64,000 nt of DNA from Acetobacteraceae bacterium (lineage in GTDB: Bacteria > Pseudomonadota > Alphaproteobacteria > Acetobacterales > Acetobacteraceae), in contig OZ255622.1 in NCBI GenBank assembly GCA_965276715.1, positions 2,534,642 through 2,598,641 on the forward strand, given 5' to 3'. Positions 9,609 to 18,378 of this stretch are shown in pieces. How positions within the stretch are numbered: position 1 is the stretch's first letter; each line of letters starts with the position of its first letter. Below the pieces are notes generated by a model. That model worked only from the letters and a program-made list of their open reading frames with translations. It ran no database searches and was not told the DNA's origin. A program made the translations under genes and the position numbers.

Positions 9609-10735
9609 TGCCGTCCGAGTGGTCGCTCGACCCGGCCTGGGTCACCGTCAACCACGGCTCGTTCGGCGCCTGTCCGCGATCCGTGCGCGACGCGCAGGCG
9701 CGCTGGCGGGACCGGTTCGAGCGGCAGCCGACCGCCTCGATCCATCGCGATCTGCCGGACCTGCTTCGATCGTCGGCGGCCAGGCTTGCCGGGTTCGTGG
9801 GCGCGCGGCCGGCCGACACGGTGTTCGTCGAGAACGCGACCGCGGGCTGCAACGCGGTGCTGCGGTCGCGGAACTTCGCCGCCGGCGACGAGATCATGCT
9901 GCTCGACCAGGCGTATGGAGCGGTGGCGAACACGGTCCGGTTCGTGGCCGAGCGGGCCGGCGCACGGATCGTGACGGTGGCGCTGCCGTTCCCGGACGCC
10001 CCGCCCGACACGGTCGTGCGGGGCGTCGAGGCCGCGATCACGGAGCGGACCGCACTCGCGGTGCTCGATCACGTCACGTCGCCCGGCGCGCTGGTGCTGC
10101 CGGTGGCGGCGATGGTGGCGGCCTGTCACGCGGCTCGTGTCGCCGTGCTGGTCGACGGGGCGCACGCGCCCGGACAGCTCCCGCTCGATCTGGCGTCGAT
10201 CGATGCCGACTGGTATGCGGGCAATCTGCACAAATGGCTGTTCGCACCGATCGGCAGTGGGTTCCTGCATGCGCGCGCGGACCGTCAGGACGGGCTGCAT
10301 CCGACCTCGATCTCGCACGGACTCGGGCACGGCTTCCTCGCCGAGTTCGACTGGACCGGAACGCGCGACTTCTCCGGCTGGCTCGCGGTGCCGGATGCGA
10401 TCGCGCTGTACGAGCGGATGGGCGGGACGGCGCTGATGGCGCGAAACGCGGCGCGGGCGGCCGAGGGGGCGGCGATCGTCGCCGCGGCACTCGGAACAGG
10501 GGTTGCCGGCGGGTGCCTGCCCGGTGCGTCGATGGCGCTGGCCCGGCTGCCGGCCGGGTTCGGCACCGTGGCCGCGGACGCGCTCGCCGTGCGCGCGCGG
10601 CTGATCGATCGCCGGATCGACGCACCGGTGCATGCGCTGGCGGGCGCGCTGTGGGTGCGGGTGTCGGCGCAGGCCTATAACGAGATGTCGGATTACGGCA
10701 GGCTGGCCGAGGCGCTGGTCGCGATGGGACGATGA
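9608..10735 (+). CDS. class V aminotransferase-fold PLP enzyme (isopenicillin-N epimerase / cysteine desulfurase-like)
   Basis: The ATG at 9608 shares one base with the pqiC stop. The GNLHKWLFAP segment carries the PLP-lysine motif. The long upstream part of the 499-aa ORF is Arg/Gly-rich and non-coding-like. Confidence 0.7.
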   Translation: MPSEWSLDPAWVTVNHGSFGACPRSVRDAQARWRDRFERQPTASIHRDLPDLLRSSAARLAGFVGARPADTVFVENATAGCNAVLRSRNFAAGDEIMLLDQAYGAVANTVRFVAERAGARIVTVALPFPDAPPDTVVRGVEAAITERTALAVLDHVTSPGALVLPVAAMVAACHAARVAVLVDGAHAPGQLPLDLASIDADWYAGNLHKWLFAPIGSGFLHARADRQDGLHPTSISHGLGHGFLAEFDWTGTRDFSGWLAVPDAIALYERMGGTALMARNAARAAEGAAIVAAALGTGVAGGCLPGASMALARLPAGFGTVAADALAVRARLIDRRIDAPVHALAGALWVRVSAQAYNEMSDYGRLAEALVAMGR

Positions 10736-11685
10736 TGCGAGCGGTCTGGTTTGGTCTTGTTCTGATGTCGCAGGGGGCGAGTGCCGCCTCGATTACTGAC
10801 GCGACCGGCCGGTCGGTGACGATCCCCGATCATGTCGGGCGCGTGCTGCCGGCGGGACCGCCGGCGGCGGTGCTGCTCGAGGCGCTGGCGCCGGATCTGA
10901 TGATCGGCTGGCCGCATGCGCTGTCGCCGGCCCAGCGCGCGATGCTGCCGGATACGGTCGCGTCCCTGCCGCCGGTGCCGATGCTCACCGGCAAGACCGA
11001 CCAAGCGAGCGCGGTGCCGGCGCTGCACCCGGACCTGGTGCTCGACTATGGCACCGTCAGCCCGCGCTACGTGGCGCTCGACGAGGGGATCCAGGCGCGG
11101 ACCGGCGTGCCCACGATCCTGCTGGACGGTTCCTTGTCGCGCGCGCCCGAGACGCTGGTGGCACTGGGCGCGGTGCTGCATCGCGAGGCGCGCGCGGCGC
11201 TGCTGGCGCGCGTCGCCCGGCAGGTCCTGGATGCGGTGCCGCGGACAGCGGGCAAGTCCACCACGGTCGTGGTCGCGCGCGGCGCCGACGGGCTCGATGT
11301 GGTGGCGCCGGGGACGGGGGCCACCGAGGTGTTCGCCGTGCTCGGCTGGACCGTGCTGGCGCCGCCGGGCGATGGGCCGGTCCGGCATGCGCCGGGGGTC
11401 GGCGCGATCGCCCTCCTCGATCCGGACGTGGTGATCTTCCAGGATCAGGGCATGCGCGGCGTTGTGGCTTCCAACCCGTCCTGGCGTGCGTTGCGCGCGG
11501 TGCGCGGCGGCCGGGCGTTCGTCGCACCCGCGCTGCCGTTCGGCTGGTTCGGCGAGCCGCCGTCGATCAATCGCCTGTTCGGGATCGCCGCGTTCGAGAA
11601 CGCGGCGATCGTCACGCCGTTGATCGCGACGGTGGTGGGCCGTGCGCCCGACGCGCCGGCACGGTTCCAGCCGATCAAGCCATAG
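10732..11685 (+). CDS. periplasmic substrate-binding protein (iron-siderophore/cobalamin type PBP)
   Basis: Signal peptide, then ITDATGRSVTIPDHVGRVLPAGPPAAVLLEALAPDLMIGW, which is typical of the Peripla_BP_2 family. ATGA overlaps the upstream stop. Confidence 0.65.
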   Translation: MMRAVWFGLVLMSQGASAASITDATGRSVTIPDHVGRVLPAGPPAAVLLEALAPDLMIGWPHALSPAQRAMLPDTVASLPPVPMLTGKTDQASAVPALHPDLVLDYGTVSPRYVALDEGIQARTGVPTILLDGSLSRAPETLVALGAVLHREARAALLARVARQVLDAVPRTAGKSTTVVVARGADGLDVVAPGTGATEVFAVLGWTVLAPPGDGPVRHAPGVGAIALLDPDVVIFQDQGMRGVVASNPSWRALRAVRGGRAFVAPALPFGWFGEPPSINRLFGIAAFENAAIVTPLIATVVGRAPDAPARFQPIKP

Positions 11686-11693
11686 GGAACCGC

Positions 11694-13289
11694 GTGATGC
11701 GCGACTTCAGCTTTCCCGGCCGAAGCCCGGTTCATGCCACGTCGGCGATGGCGGCGACGTCGATGCCGGCGGCGACGCTGACGGCGCTCGACGTGATGCG
11801 CGAGGGCGGCAATGCGCTCGATGCCGCGGTCGCCGCGGCGGCGGTGCTGGGGGTGATCGAGCCGCAATCGACGGGCATCGGCGGCGACTGCTTCTGCCTG
11901 TATGCGCCGGCGGGCGGAGGCGTGGTGGCGTTGAACGGCTCGGGCCGCGCGCCCGCCGCCTGCTCGATCGACCGGCTGGAGGCGGCCGGCGTGACGACGC
12001 TGCATCCGTGGTCGGCGCATGCGGTGACGGTGCCTGGCGCGCTGTCGGCTTGGGAGACGCTGCTGTCGGCGCACGGGACGCGGGGGCTCGACGTGCTGCT
12101 GCGCCCGGCGATCGGGTTCGCCGAGCAGGGCTGGCCGGTGCATGCGCGTGTGTCGCGCGACTGGGCCGAAGAGGTGGGCAAGCTGCAGGCGGGGGGCGCG
12201 CATGCCTTCCTGCCCGCAGGCAGGGTGCCCGGAGAGGGTGCCCTGTTCGCGCAGCCTGCATTGGCCGCGACATTGCGCGCGATCGCGAAGGATGGCGCGC
12301 GGGCGTTCTACGAGGGCGGGATCGCGGCCGGCATGGTCTCGACGCTGCGTGCGCGCGGCGGCCTGCACACGGAGGAGGATTTCGCGGACGGGCTGTCGGC
12401 GGCGATGTTCGTCGAGCCGATCCGTTCGGCCTGGCGCGGGCATGCGGTATGGCAATGCCCGCCGAACGGCTCCGGGGTCGCGGTGCTGATGCTGCTCGGG
12501 CTGCTGGAGCGGCTCGGAGTGTCGTCGGGCGGGGCGCTCGGGATCGAGCGGCTGCATCGCCATGTCGAGGCGGCACGCCTGGTCTACCGTGACCGTGACG
12601 CGTTCGTGGCCGACCCGTCGCAGGCGGCGGTTCCGGTCGGGGCGCTGCTGGATCCGGCCTATCTGGACGGCCTGGCGGCGCTGGTGCGCGACGATCGGGC
12701 GATCGGGACGATGCCGGCGCCGGGACGCGCGGAGCCCGCGCACACGGACACGGTGTATGTCGCGGTGGTGGACCGCGACGGCAACGCGTGCTCGTTGATC
12801 AATTCGCTCTTCCAGCCGTTCGGCAGCGGGATCCTGGCGCGCGAGGCCGGCGTGCTGCTGCACAACCGCGGATACGGCTTCCGGCTGGAGCGTGGCCATC
12901 CGAACTGCGTGGCACCGGGCAAGCGGCCGATGCACACCATCCTGCCCGGACTGGTGACGGCGGCCGGCCGCGCGGTGATGCCGTTCGGCGTGATGGGCGG
13001 CCATTTCCAGCCGATGGGCCAGACGCTGTTCCTGACCAGCTTTCTCGATTACGGCCTCGACATCCAGGAGTCGCTCGACCTGCCGCGGCTGTTCCCGTCC
13101 GGCGGACGGGTGGAGGTCGAGCGCAGCATGCCCGGCGACGTGGTCTCCGGCTTGCGGCGCCTGGGGCACGATCCGTTTGTCGTGCAACGATCGCATGGCG
13201 GCGGCCAGGCGATCTGGATCGACCATGCGCGCGGCGTGCTGGTCGGCGGTTCCGACCCCAGGAAGGACGGGATGGTGCTCGGCTTCTAG
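11694..13289 (+). CDS. ggt: gamma-glutamyltransferase family protein
   Basis: Has GGNALDAAVAAAAVLGV.EP.STGIGGD and the autoprocessing site HTDTVYVAVVD. Confidence 0.85.
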   Translation: MMRDFSFPGRSPVHATSAMAATSMPAATLTALDVMREGGNALDAAVAAAAVLGVIEPQSTGIGGDCFCLYAPAGGGVVALNGSGRAPAACSIDRLEAAGVTTLHPWSAHAVTVPGALSAWETLLSAHGTRGLDVLLRPAIGFAEQGWPVHARVSRDWAEEVGKLQAGGAHAFLPAGRVPGEGALFAQPALAATLRAIAKDGARAFYEGGIAAGMVSTLRARGGLHTEEDFADGLSAAMFVEPIRSAWRGHAVWQCPPNGSGVAVLMLLGLLERLGVSSGGALGIERLHRHVEAARLVYRDRDAFVADPSQAAVPVGALLDPAYLDGLAALVRDDRAIGTMPAPGRAEPAHTDTVYVAVVDRDGNACSLINSLFQPFGSGILAREAGVLLHNRGYGFRLERGHPNCVAPGKRPMHTILPGLVTAAGRAVMPFGVMGGHFQPMGQTLFLTSFLDYGLDIQESLDLPRLFPSGGRVEVERSMPGDVVSGLRRLGHDPFVVQRSHGGGQAIWIDHARGVLVGGSDPRKDGMVLGF

Positions 13290-13351
13290 CGCCTGGACGC
13301 ATGGATCACACGGTCGTGATGGACGGCCCGGAGCCGTCCGTGGTTAGTTAG

Positions 13352-14038
13352 ATGTTAGCTAACGTTCGGCGGACAGGTGTGATGGATGTGCCGGTCACGG
13401 ACGACGACGGACCGTATGTCTATCTGGTTCCGTCCGGGTCCGTTCCTCGCGCGGTCGACTTCATGGCGATGCCGCGCGGCGAGTATCGGCCGCTTTGCTT
13501 CACCTCCGGAACCCTGATCGAGACGCCGGGCGGCGAGACGCGCGTCGAGGATCTCCGGGTCGGCGGGCTGGTGACGCTCGCGACGGGCATCGAGGCGGAG
13601 ATCGGCTGGATCGGTCGGCGGCGGGTTCGCGATGGCGTCGATCGGCCGGTCCGGATCGGAGCCGGAGCGCTCGGTCGGGGCGTTCCGCGGCGCGACCTGT
13701 TCGTCTCGCCCGAGCACGCCGTGTTCCTCGAAGGCGCGCTGATACCGGCCGTTCTGCTGGTGAACGGTCGGTCGATCACGCGCGACGATAGCGGCGAGCG
13801 GACGACCTACCACCACATCGAACTCGAGGGTCACGGCGTGTTGCTCGCCGAGGGTGCTCCCACGGAGAGCTACCTCGACACCGGCGACCCTCGGCAAGTC
13901 CTGCTGCAACTTCCGGGTGGTGATCCGACGCATGATCCGGTCGACGCCGAGCATTTCGACCCGTGCGCCGAACTCGTCCGGGGCGGACCTCGGCTGGAGG
14001 CGATCCGGGAGCGGCTGCGGCTGGCTCTGCTGGTCTAG
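13352..14038 (+). CDS. Hint (Hedgehog/intein-like, BIL-type) domain protein
   Basis: Motifs present are CFTSGTLIETPGGETRVEDLRVGGLVTL, PVRIGAGALG and RDLFVSPEHAVFL. Only about 48 aa precede the Cys. The start is uncertain (13352 or 13382). Confidence 0.7.
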   Translation: MLANVRRTGVMDVPVTDDDGPYVYLVPSGSVPRAVDFMAMPRGEYRPLCFTSGTLIETPGGETRVEDLRVGGLVTLATGIEAEIGWIGRRRVRDGVDRPVRIGAGALGRGVPRRDLFVSPEHAVFLEGALIPAVLLVNGRSITRDDSGERTTYHHIELEGHGVLLAEGAPTESYLDTGDPRQVLLQLPGGDPTHDPVDAEHFDPCAELVRGGPRLEAIRERLRLALLV

Positions 14039-14057
14039 GACTGCCGAACGAACGAGG

Positions 14058-14354
14058 TCAGGCCGACCCGTGCGGCGTCATGGCGTAGAGGTCGAGGACC
14101 TCGAAATCGCGCGGCTGGCAAAGGGCGGCCGCCTGGTGCGCGACCGCCGGCGCGTGCGACAGCAGCGCATCCCACCATTCCTGCGGCGACCACGCGCTTC
14201 CGCCCGGAAGCGGCAGGATCTCGTCGGTGCGCGCGTGCGAGGCGAGGTCGGAGTACGAGAACAGCCTGTTGCCGTGCTTGATGAGCGCCAGGCGTGGGTG
14301 GACGTCGCCGCCCGGGGGCGCGATCCAGCGAGGTTCCGTGATGCCAATGGTCAT
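14058..14354 (-). CDS. conserved hypothetical 98-aa protein, paralogue of 2869-3165
   Basis: See 2869-3165. It is convergent with the Hint gene, 19 nt away. Confidence 0.6.
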   Translation of the reverse strand: MTIGITEPRWIAPPGGDVHPRLALIKHGNRLFSYSDLASHARTDEILPLPGGSAWSPQEWWDALLSHAPAVAHQAAALCQPRDFEVLDLYAMTPHGSA

Positions 14355-14472
14355 GAGGGAGCTCTCTCATTAACGAACCGATAGCTATTACGGAGTGAGT
14401 CCGAGACCGGATGAGTCGTCGGAGCGGAAAAAACCGTTATAACATCTACAAACATTCATTTCGGCGCATCCG

Positions 14473-14799
14473 TCACCGGGAGCTGGTGCCGAGCAGGCGT
14501 TGCCGCCATTCCGGCGGCAGCTTGGCGCGCACCATCTCGCTCGCGGCGATCATCTGCTCGAGCGCCGCGAGCAGGGCGGCGGCGAGCAGCGGCGTGACGT
14601 GCGGTCCGGTCCCGTAGGTCGACACCTGGAGCCGCCCGGGCGACTGCACGATGGCGACGCTGGCCCAGTGGTTCGCGTCGATGTCGGCCGCGACGATCGA
14701 CAGGTCCTCGAGCAGCCGCATCGTCCGGAGCGCGGTCTGGTCCTCGCCCTGCGAGGCGGTGTTGCCTCGGAAGGCGGGGCTGAGCTGGAACGGGTTCAT
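14473..14799 (-). CDS. hypothetical protein (108 aa)
   Basis: Internal Met (MNPFQLS) preceded by AAGGAG 8 nt upstream. Divergent from the AlbA_2 gene. Confidence 0.5.
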   Translation of the reverse strand: MNPFQLSPAFRGNTASQGEDQTALRTMRLLEDLSIVAADIDANHWASVAIVQSPGRLQVSTYGTGPHVTPLLAAALLAALEQMIAASEMVRAKLPPEWRQRLLGTSSR

Positions 14800-14991
14800 C
14801 GACAAACTCCTTTTGGAGGCTTGCCGACAATGACCTGTTTTCCTGACCAGCCGGTTAACCGGCAACCGACTGATGTCCATGCTCGCCCTCGCGGAGCCCC
14901 AGAGGACATGAAGCGGGCTCCACGGACGAAGAGACCGCGCCGCAGTGACCCTGACCCTCCTTTCGGGTTGATCCGGCTTTGTCCAAGTGAA

Positions 14992-15052
14992 GTTTGATCT
15001 TAGTTTGACAAAGGGCTACGTTTTGTAGGGCATCATCAAACTAGGATCAAAC
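14992..15052. promoter_or_regulatory. 17-bp inverted repeat (candidate operator) abutting the start codon of the next gene
   Basis: The arms gtttgatcttagtttga (14992-15008) and tcaaactaggatcaaac (15036-15052) match at 16 of 17 positions. The repeat lies in a 254-bp divergent intergenic region. Confidence 0.45.
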
Positions 15053-15053
15053 G

Positions 15054-16853
15054 TTGCCCCGGGATTTCGTAGACGAAGCCTTGAGGAAGATAGAAGGAGG
15101 CGCCCGACCAGCGTCCTGCGAAACGTCCTCGCTGGATTTCAAGGAGCAAACGGGCTCCAGGCCGGACCTCGAAAGCGCAATTGCCAAAGCCGCCGTGTGC
15201 TTTGCGAACACGGCGGGCGGAGCAATCGTGATCGGGGTGTCGGATAGGGGAATCGGCGCACATGCCCTGACGGGTACGGACATGGATGCCGACCATCTCA
15301 AGCAGCGACTCCTGGAACTCACGAGACCGTCGATCCTGGCGAATATCGAGGTCCGGAACTTCTTCGTGCGCCTCCTGATCGTCAATGTGAACGCCAGTTC
15401 CACGGTTCACGCCGATACACAGGGTCGATCGTGGCATCGCGTCAATACCAGCTGTCTCCCGCTCACGCCGGCCGATCAGGCCAGGATCTCCCAGGAGCGG
15501 AGCGGCTTCGATTGGTCCGCTCAGAACTCGCGGCTGCGCTTGGGTGATGTCTCGTCCGAGGCTCTTCTTGCGGCTCGGGCACTGCTTCGTCGTCTTCCCG
15601 ATGACCGCCGCCAACTGGCGGCATATTCGAATGAGGATCTTCTCGCGGCTTTGGGCGTGACATCGGATCGTGTTCACCTGACCGAAGCCGGGCGTCTTCT
15701 GTTCTGCGAAGACGCATCCGCATGGAATGTCATCGCCTATCAATACAAGGCGACGCCAGGTGGCGAGCCGAGAACCGTCCAGCGACTACCTCCGCCGATG
15801 CTCACGGCGTTTGGGCAGGTCATGCAAATCATTGCTGCGAGACAGAGCACAACGCCTGTTGCGATGCCCAACGGACAGCAGATCAGCATCGAGGACTTTC
15901 CGACCATTGCGGTCCGCGAAGCTCTATCAAACGCACTTTGTCATCGAGACTGGCAAGCAGCAGAGCCGATCGCCGTCGATCATTCCCCAGAAGTATTCTC
16001 GGTCACATCGCCTGGGCCGCTCGTCAGCGGCGTCACGCCCGAGAACATTCTGACAATGCCATCACGACCAAGAAACCGATGCTTGGCAACCGCTGCCCGC
16101 ACTTTGGGACTTGCCGAGGAGACAGGACGCGGCGTGGACCGCATGTTCCGCGAGACGATACGTTCGGGGAGACAGCCCCCGAACATAGAAGCCTTTCCAG
16201 ATCGAGCTAGGGTGTCGTTCGTTGGCGGAGCGCCGGACACGAACATCGCCCGCTTTGTCGCTCGGCTACCGGATGACGAGCGTGAAGACACGGATACGAT
16301 GTTGTTGCTCTATCACCTGTGCAGGCGACAAACCGTAAACTCTGAAAACTCGGCGGTTTTCTTGCAGAAGTCAGCCATCGAATCGGAGGCTGTCCTTCGA
16401 CGTCTCGCGGCTGAGCCTGCAAACCTGCTTGAGACCACAAGGCACTCCAGGAGTAGATCCCGTACGGTCTACAGATTGCGTGGCGACGTGGTGAAGGGTC
16501 TCGGGGCCGCCGTAGCCTATAATCGCCGGACGGTGGACGAGACGGATCGGAAGATCATCGAGCATGTTCGCGAATACGGGAAGATTACGAACAGGACTCT
16601 GCAGAACCTCTTTGACGTTCATGTGTATAGAGCGCGGGATTTGATCTCCAGTCTGCAGCAACGCGGCATCTTGGCCCGGACGTCGGAGCAAAGCCGTGGG
16701 CCGAGGGTCGAGTGGGGACCCGGACCGGGGTTCCCGAAGGGCCGACAGGGCCGGAAGGGCGCTGTCGAAACCCGACCCGCGGCCCTTCACGCCGATGGAG
16801 AGCAACCAGAACTTCCGCTGCGGAAGCCGGAGCATTCCACGCGCGCAAAATGA
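15054..16853 (+). CDS. AlbA_2 (Schlafen-like) plus HATPase_c_4 ATP-binding putative regulator (RecG-like annotation family)
   Basis: SSLDFKEQ and AVCFANTAGGAIVIGVSD (AlbA_2 part), REALSNALCHRDW (HATPase_c_4 part) and a C-terminal wHTH-like region. TTG start. Visibly lower GC than the flanks. Confidence 0.65.
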   Translation: MPRDFVDEALRKIEGGARPASCETSSLDFKEQTGSRPDLESAIAKAAVCFANTAGGAIVIGVSDRGIGAHALTGTDMDADHLKQRLLELTRPSILANIEVRNFFVRLLIVNVNASSTVHADTQGRSWHRVNTSCLPLTPADQARISQERSGFDWSAQNSRLRLGDVSSEALLAARALLRRLPDDRRQLAAYSNEDLLAALGVTSDRVHLTEAGRLLFCEDASAWNVIAYQYKATPGGEPRTVQRLPPPMLTAFGQVMQIIAARQSTTPVAMPNGQQISIEDFPTIAVREALSNALCHRDWQAAEPIAVDHSPEVFSVTSPGPLVSGVTPENILTMPSRPRNRCLATAARTLGLAEETGRGVDRMFRETIRSGRQPPNIEAFPDRARVSFVGGAPDTNIARFVARLPDDEREDTDTMLLLYHLCRRQTVNSENSAVFLQKSAIESEAVLRRLAAEPANLLETTRHSRSRSRTVYRLRGDVVKGLGAAVAYNRRTVDETDRKIIEHVREYGKITNRTLQNLFDVHVYRARDLISSLQQRGILARTSEQSRGPRVEWGPGPGFPKGRQGRKGAVETRPAALHADGEQPELPLRKPEHSTRAK

Positions 16854-16962
16854 GAATTCCAGACAAGCGCCGGCATTGGCGTCGCCACGAATGCCGCTCT
16901 CGACGTCTCGCCCCTAGACTAGATCGCCTCGAGATCGCCGTTCTCGATCAAAATCAACCGAC

Positions 16963-17276
16963 TGGTGTCCGCGGCGGGATTCGAACCCACGGCCCCAGGA
17001 TTCAATCCACTTCGGCTTTCGCCGCCGGACCCGCGTCGCACGCGGTGCCGTTCGTGGTCTGGACTGTCCCTTCACCGTGGACGCCGTCCGGCGTCGTTAG
17101 GTGCCGCCCTTCCAGTCTCTACACCTTCCCGCCTGACGGCGGGCTTGGCTCGGGATCGGCACCGTGCGAGCGCACGAAGCGTTCCCCGACTTTGAGCGGA
17201 TCCACGGTGCCGTTTCCGGACACCGCGCCCAATTCGATCAGGAATCCTGTGCTCTATCCTGCTGAGCTACGCGGAC
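16963..17276 (-). tRNA. tRNA-Arg(CCU) interrupted by a group I intron
   Basis: The exons at 17276-17240 and 17002-16963 join to a canonical 77-nt cloverleaf with anticodon loop TTCCTAA and an encoded CCA. Confidence 0.85.
17003..17239 (-). ncRNA. group I intron (IC3-like) in the anticodon loop
   Basis: Follows the U of CCU and ends in G. GGG lies 9 nt into the intron and can pair with exon CCU. The core strings CCGAGCCAAGC and GAAGGTGTAGAGACT match the Azoarcus tRNA-Ile ribozyme as I remember it. Confidence 0.8.
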
Positions 17277-17361
17277 CTCGTCGGTCTGACGGGCCGCACC
17301 ATAGCGCCGCCGCCGGGTGCTGCAAGAGCCGAGCGGCCTGCGGCAAGGCGCCGGTGGAGCG

Positions 17362-18378
17362 TCATCCGCGCGCCCTGGCCGCCGCCTGGCGGGCGACGGT
17401 CGCGAGCAGGTGGCGGCAGAGCGCGAAGTCGGGGGCGCCGGTCTGCTTGCAGGCGAGCTCGGTCCGGTTGGTCTCGCTCGCCGCCCGTTCAAGCTGATCG
17501 ACCGTCCACAGGCCGAGCGCGCGGGTGAAGGCGGGCTGGCGCTTGTAGAACACCGGCGGGCGCGCCGCCCGGGTGGCGTCCGACGGCGAGACGCCCTCGG
17601 TCTCGACGGCGATGCGGGCCGCCCGCAATTTGTGGAAATGATAGAGCAGGGAACGGGCGATCTGGACCGGTGCGGCGCCGTCGGCGATGGCGCGCTCGAT
17701 GGCGCGGTCGGCGGCCGGGATGTCGCCCACGGTGGCGGCGTGGAAGGCGTCGTCGAGGGAAAGCGCGGAGGCGTCGGCCACGCACGCCTCGACGGCACCG
17801 AGATCGATGTGGGCGGACTCGCCGACATAGAGCACCAGCTTCTCGACCTCGCCGCGAGCGGCCGCGCGATCGGCGCCCAGCTGGTCGGTGAGCGAGGCGA
17901 GCGCGTCGGCGTCGATCCGGCAGCCCTCCCGCTCGATCATCTGGCGCAGGGTCGCGGCGAGCTGGCGCCCTTCCTCGGGATAGCAGGAGATCACCGCGGT
18001 GGTCTTGCCCGCCTCGAGCGACGCGCGGAGCTTCGAGCGGGCCGGCAGGGACGACGCCTCGATCACGACCAGGCTGTCCGCGTTCGCCCGCAGCACCCGC
18101 TCGACCGGCGCCAGCAGCGACTCGACGGCGTCGCGGACGCGGATCACCCGCCGGCCGCCGATCAGGGACAGCGCGGTCGCCTCCTCCTCGAGACGGTCGT
18201 GGGTGTCGCGCTCGAGTGACGCCACGCGAAAGGCGTCGTCGAGGCTGCCGGCGACGGCGCGGGTCAGCCGGTTGGCGCGCTCGCGCACCAGGCCGGCATC
18301 ATCGCCATGCAGCAGGACGACCCGGCAGGCGCCGGGGTCGGACAGGAAGCGCTCGATGCCGCGCGCGTCGAGCTTCAA
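17362..18378 (-). CDS. holA: DNA polymerase III subunit delta
   Basis: The N-terminus reads ..VVLLHGDDAGLVRERA. Conserved leuS-lptE-holA order. Confidence 0.85.
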   Translation of the reverse strand: MKLDARGIERFLSDPGACRVVLLHGDDAGLVRERANRLTRAVAGSLDDAFRVASLERDTHDRLEEEATALSLIGGRRVIRVRDAVESLLAPVERVLRANADSLVVIEASSLPARSKLRASLEAGKTTAVISCYPEEGRQLAATLRQMIEREGCRIDADALASLTDQLGADRAAARGEVEKLVLYVGESAHIDLGAVEACVADASALSLDDAFHAATVGDIPAADRAIERAIADGAAPVQIARSLLYHFHKLRAARIAVETEGVSPSDATRAARPPVFYKRQPAFTRALGLWTVDQLERAASETNRTELACKQTGAPDFALCRHLLATVARQAAARARG

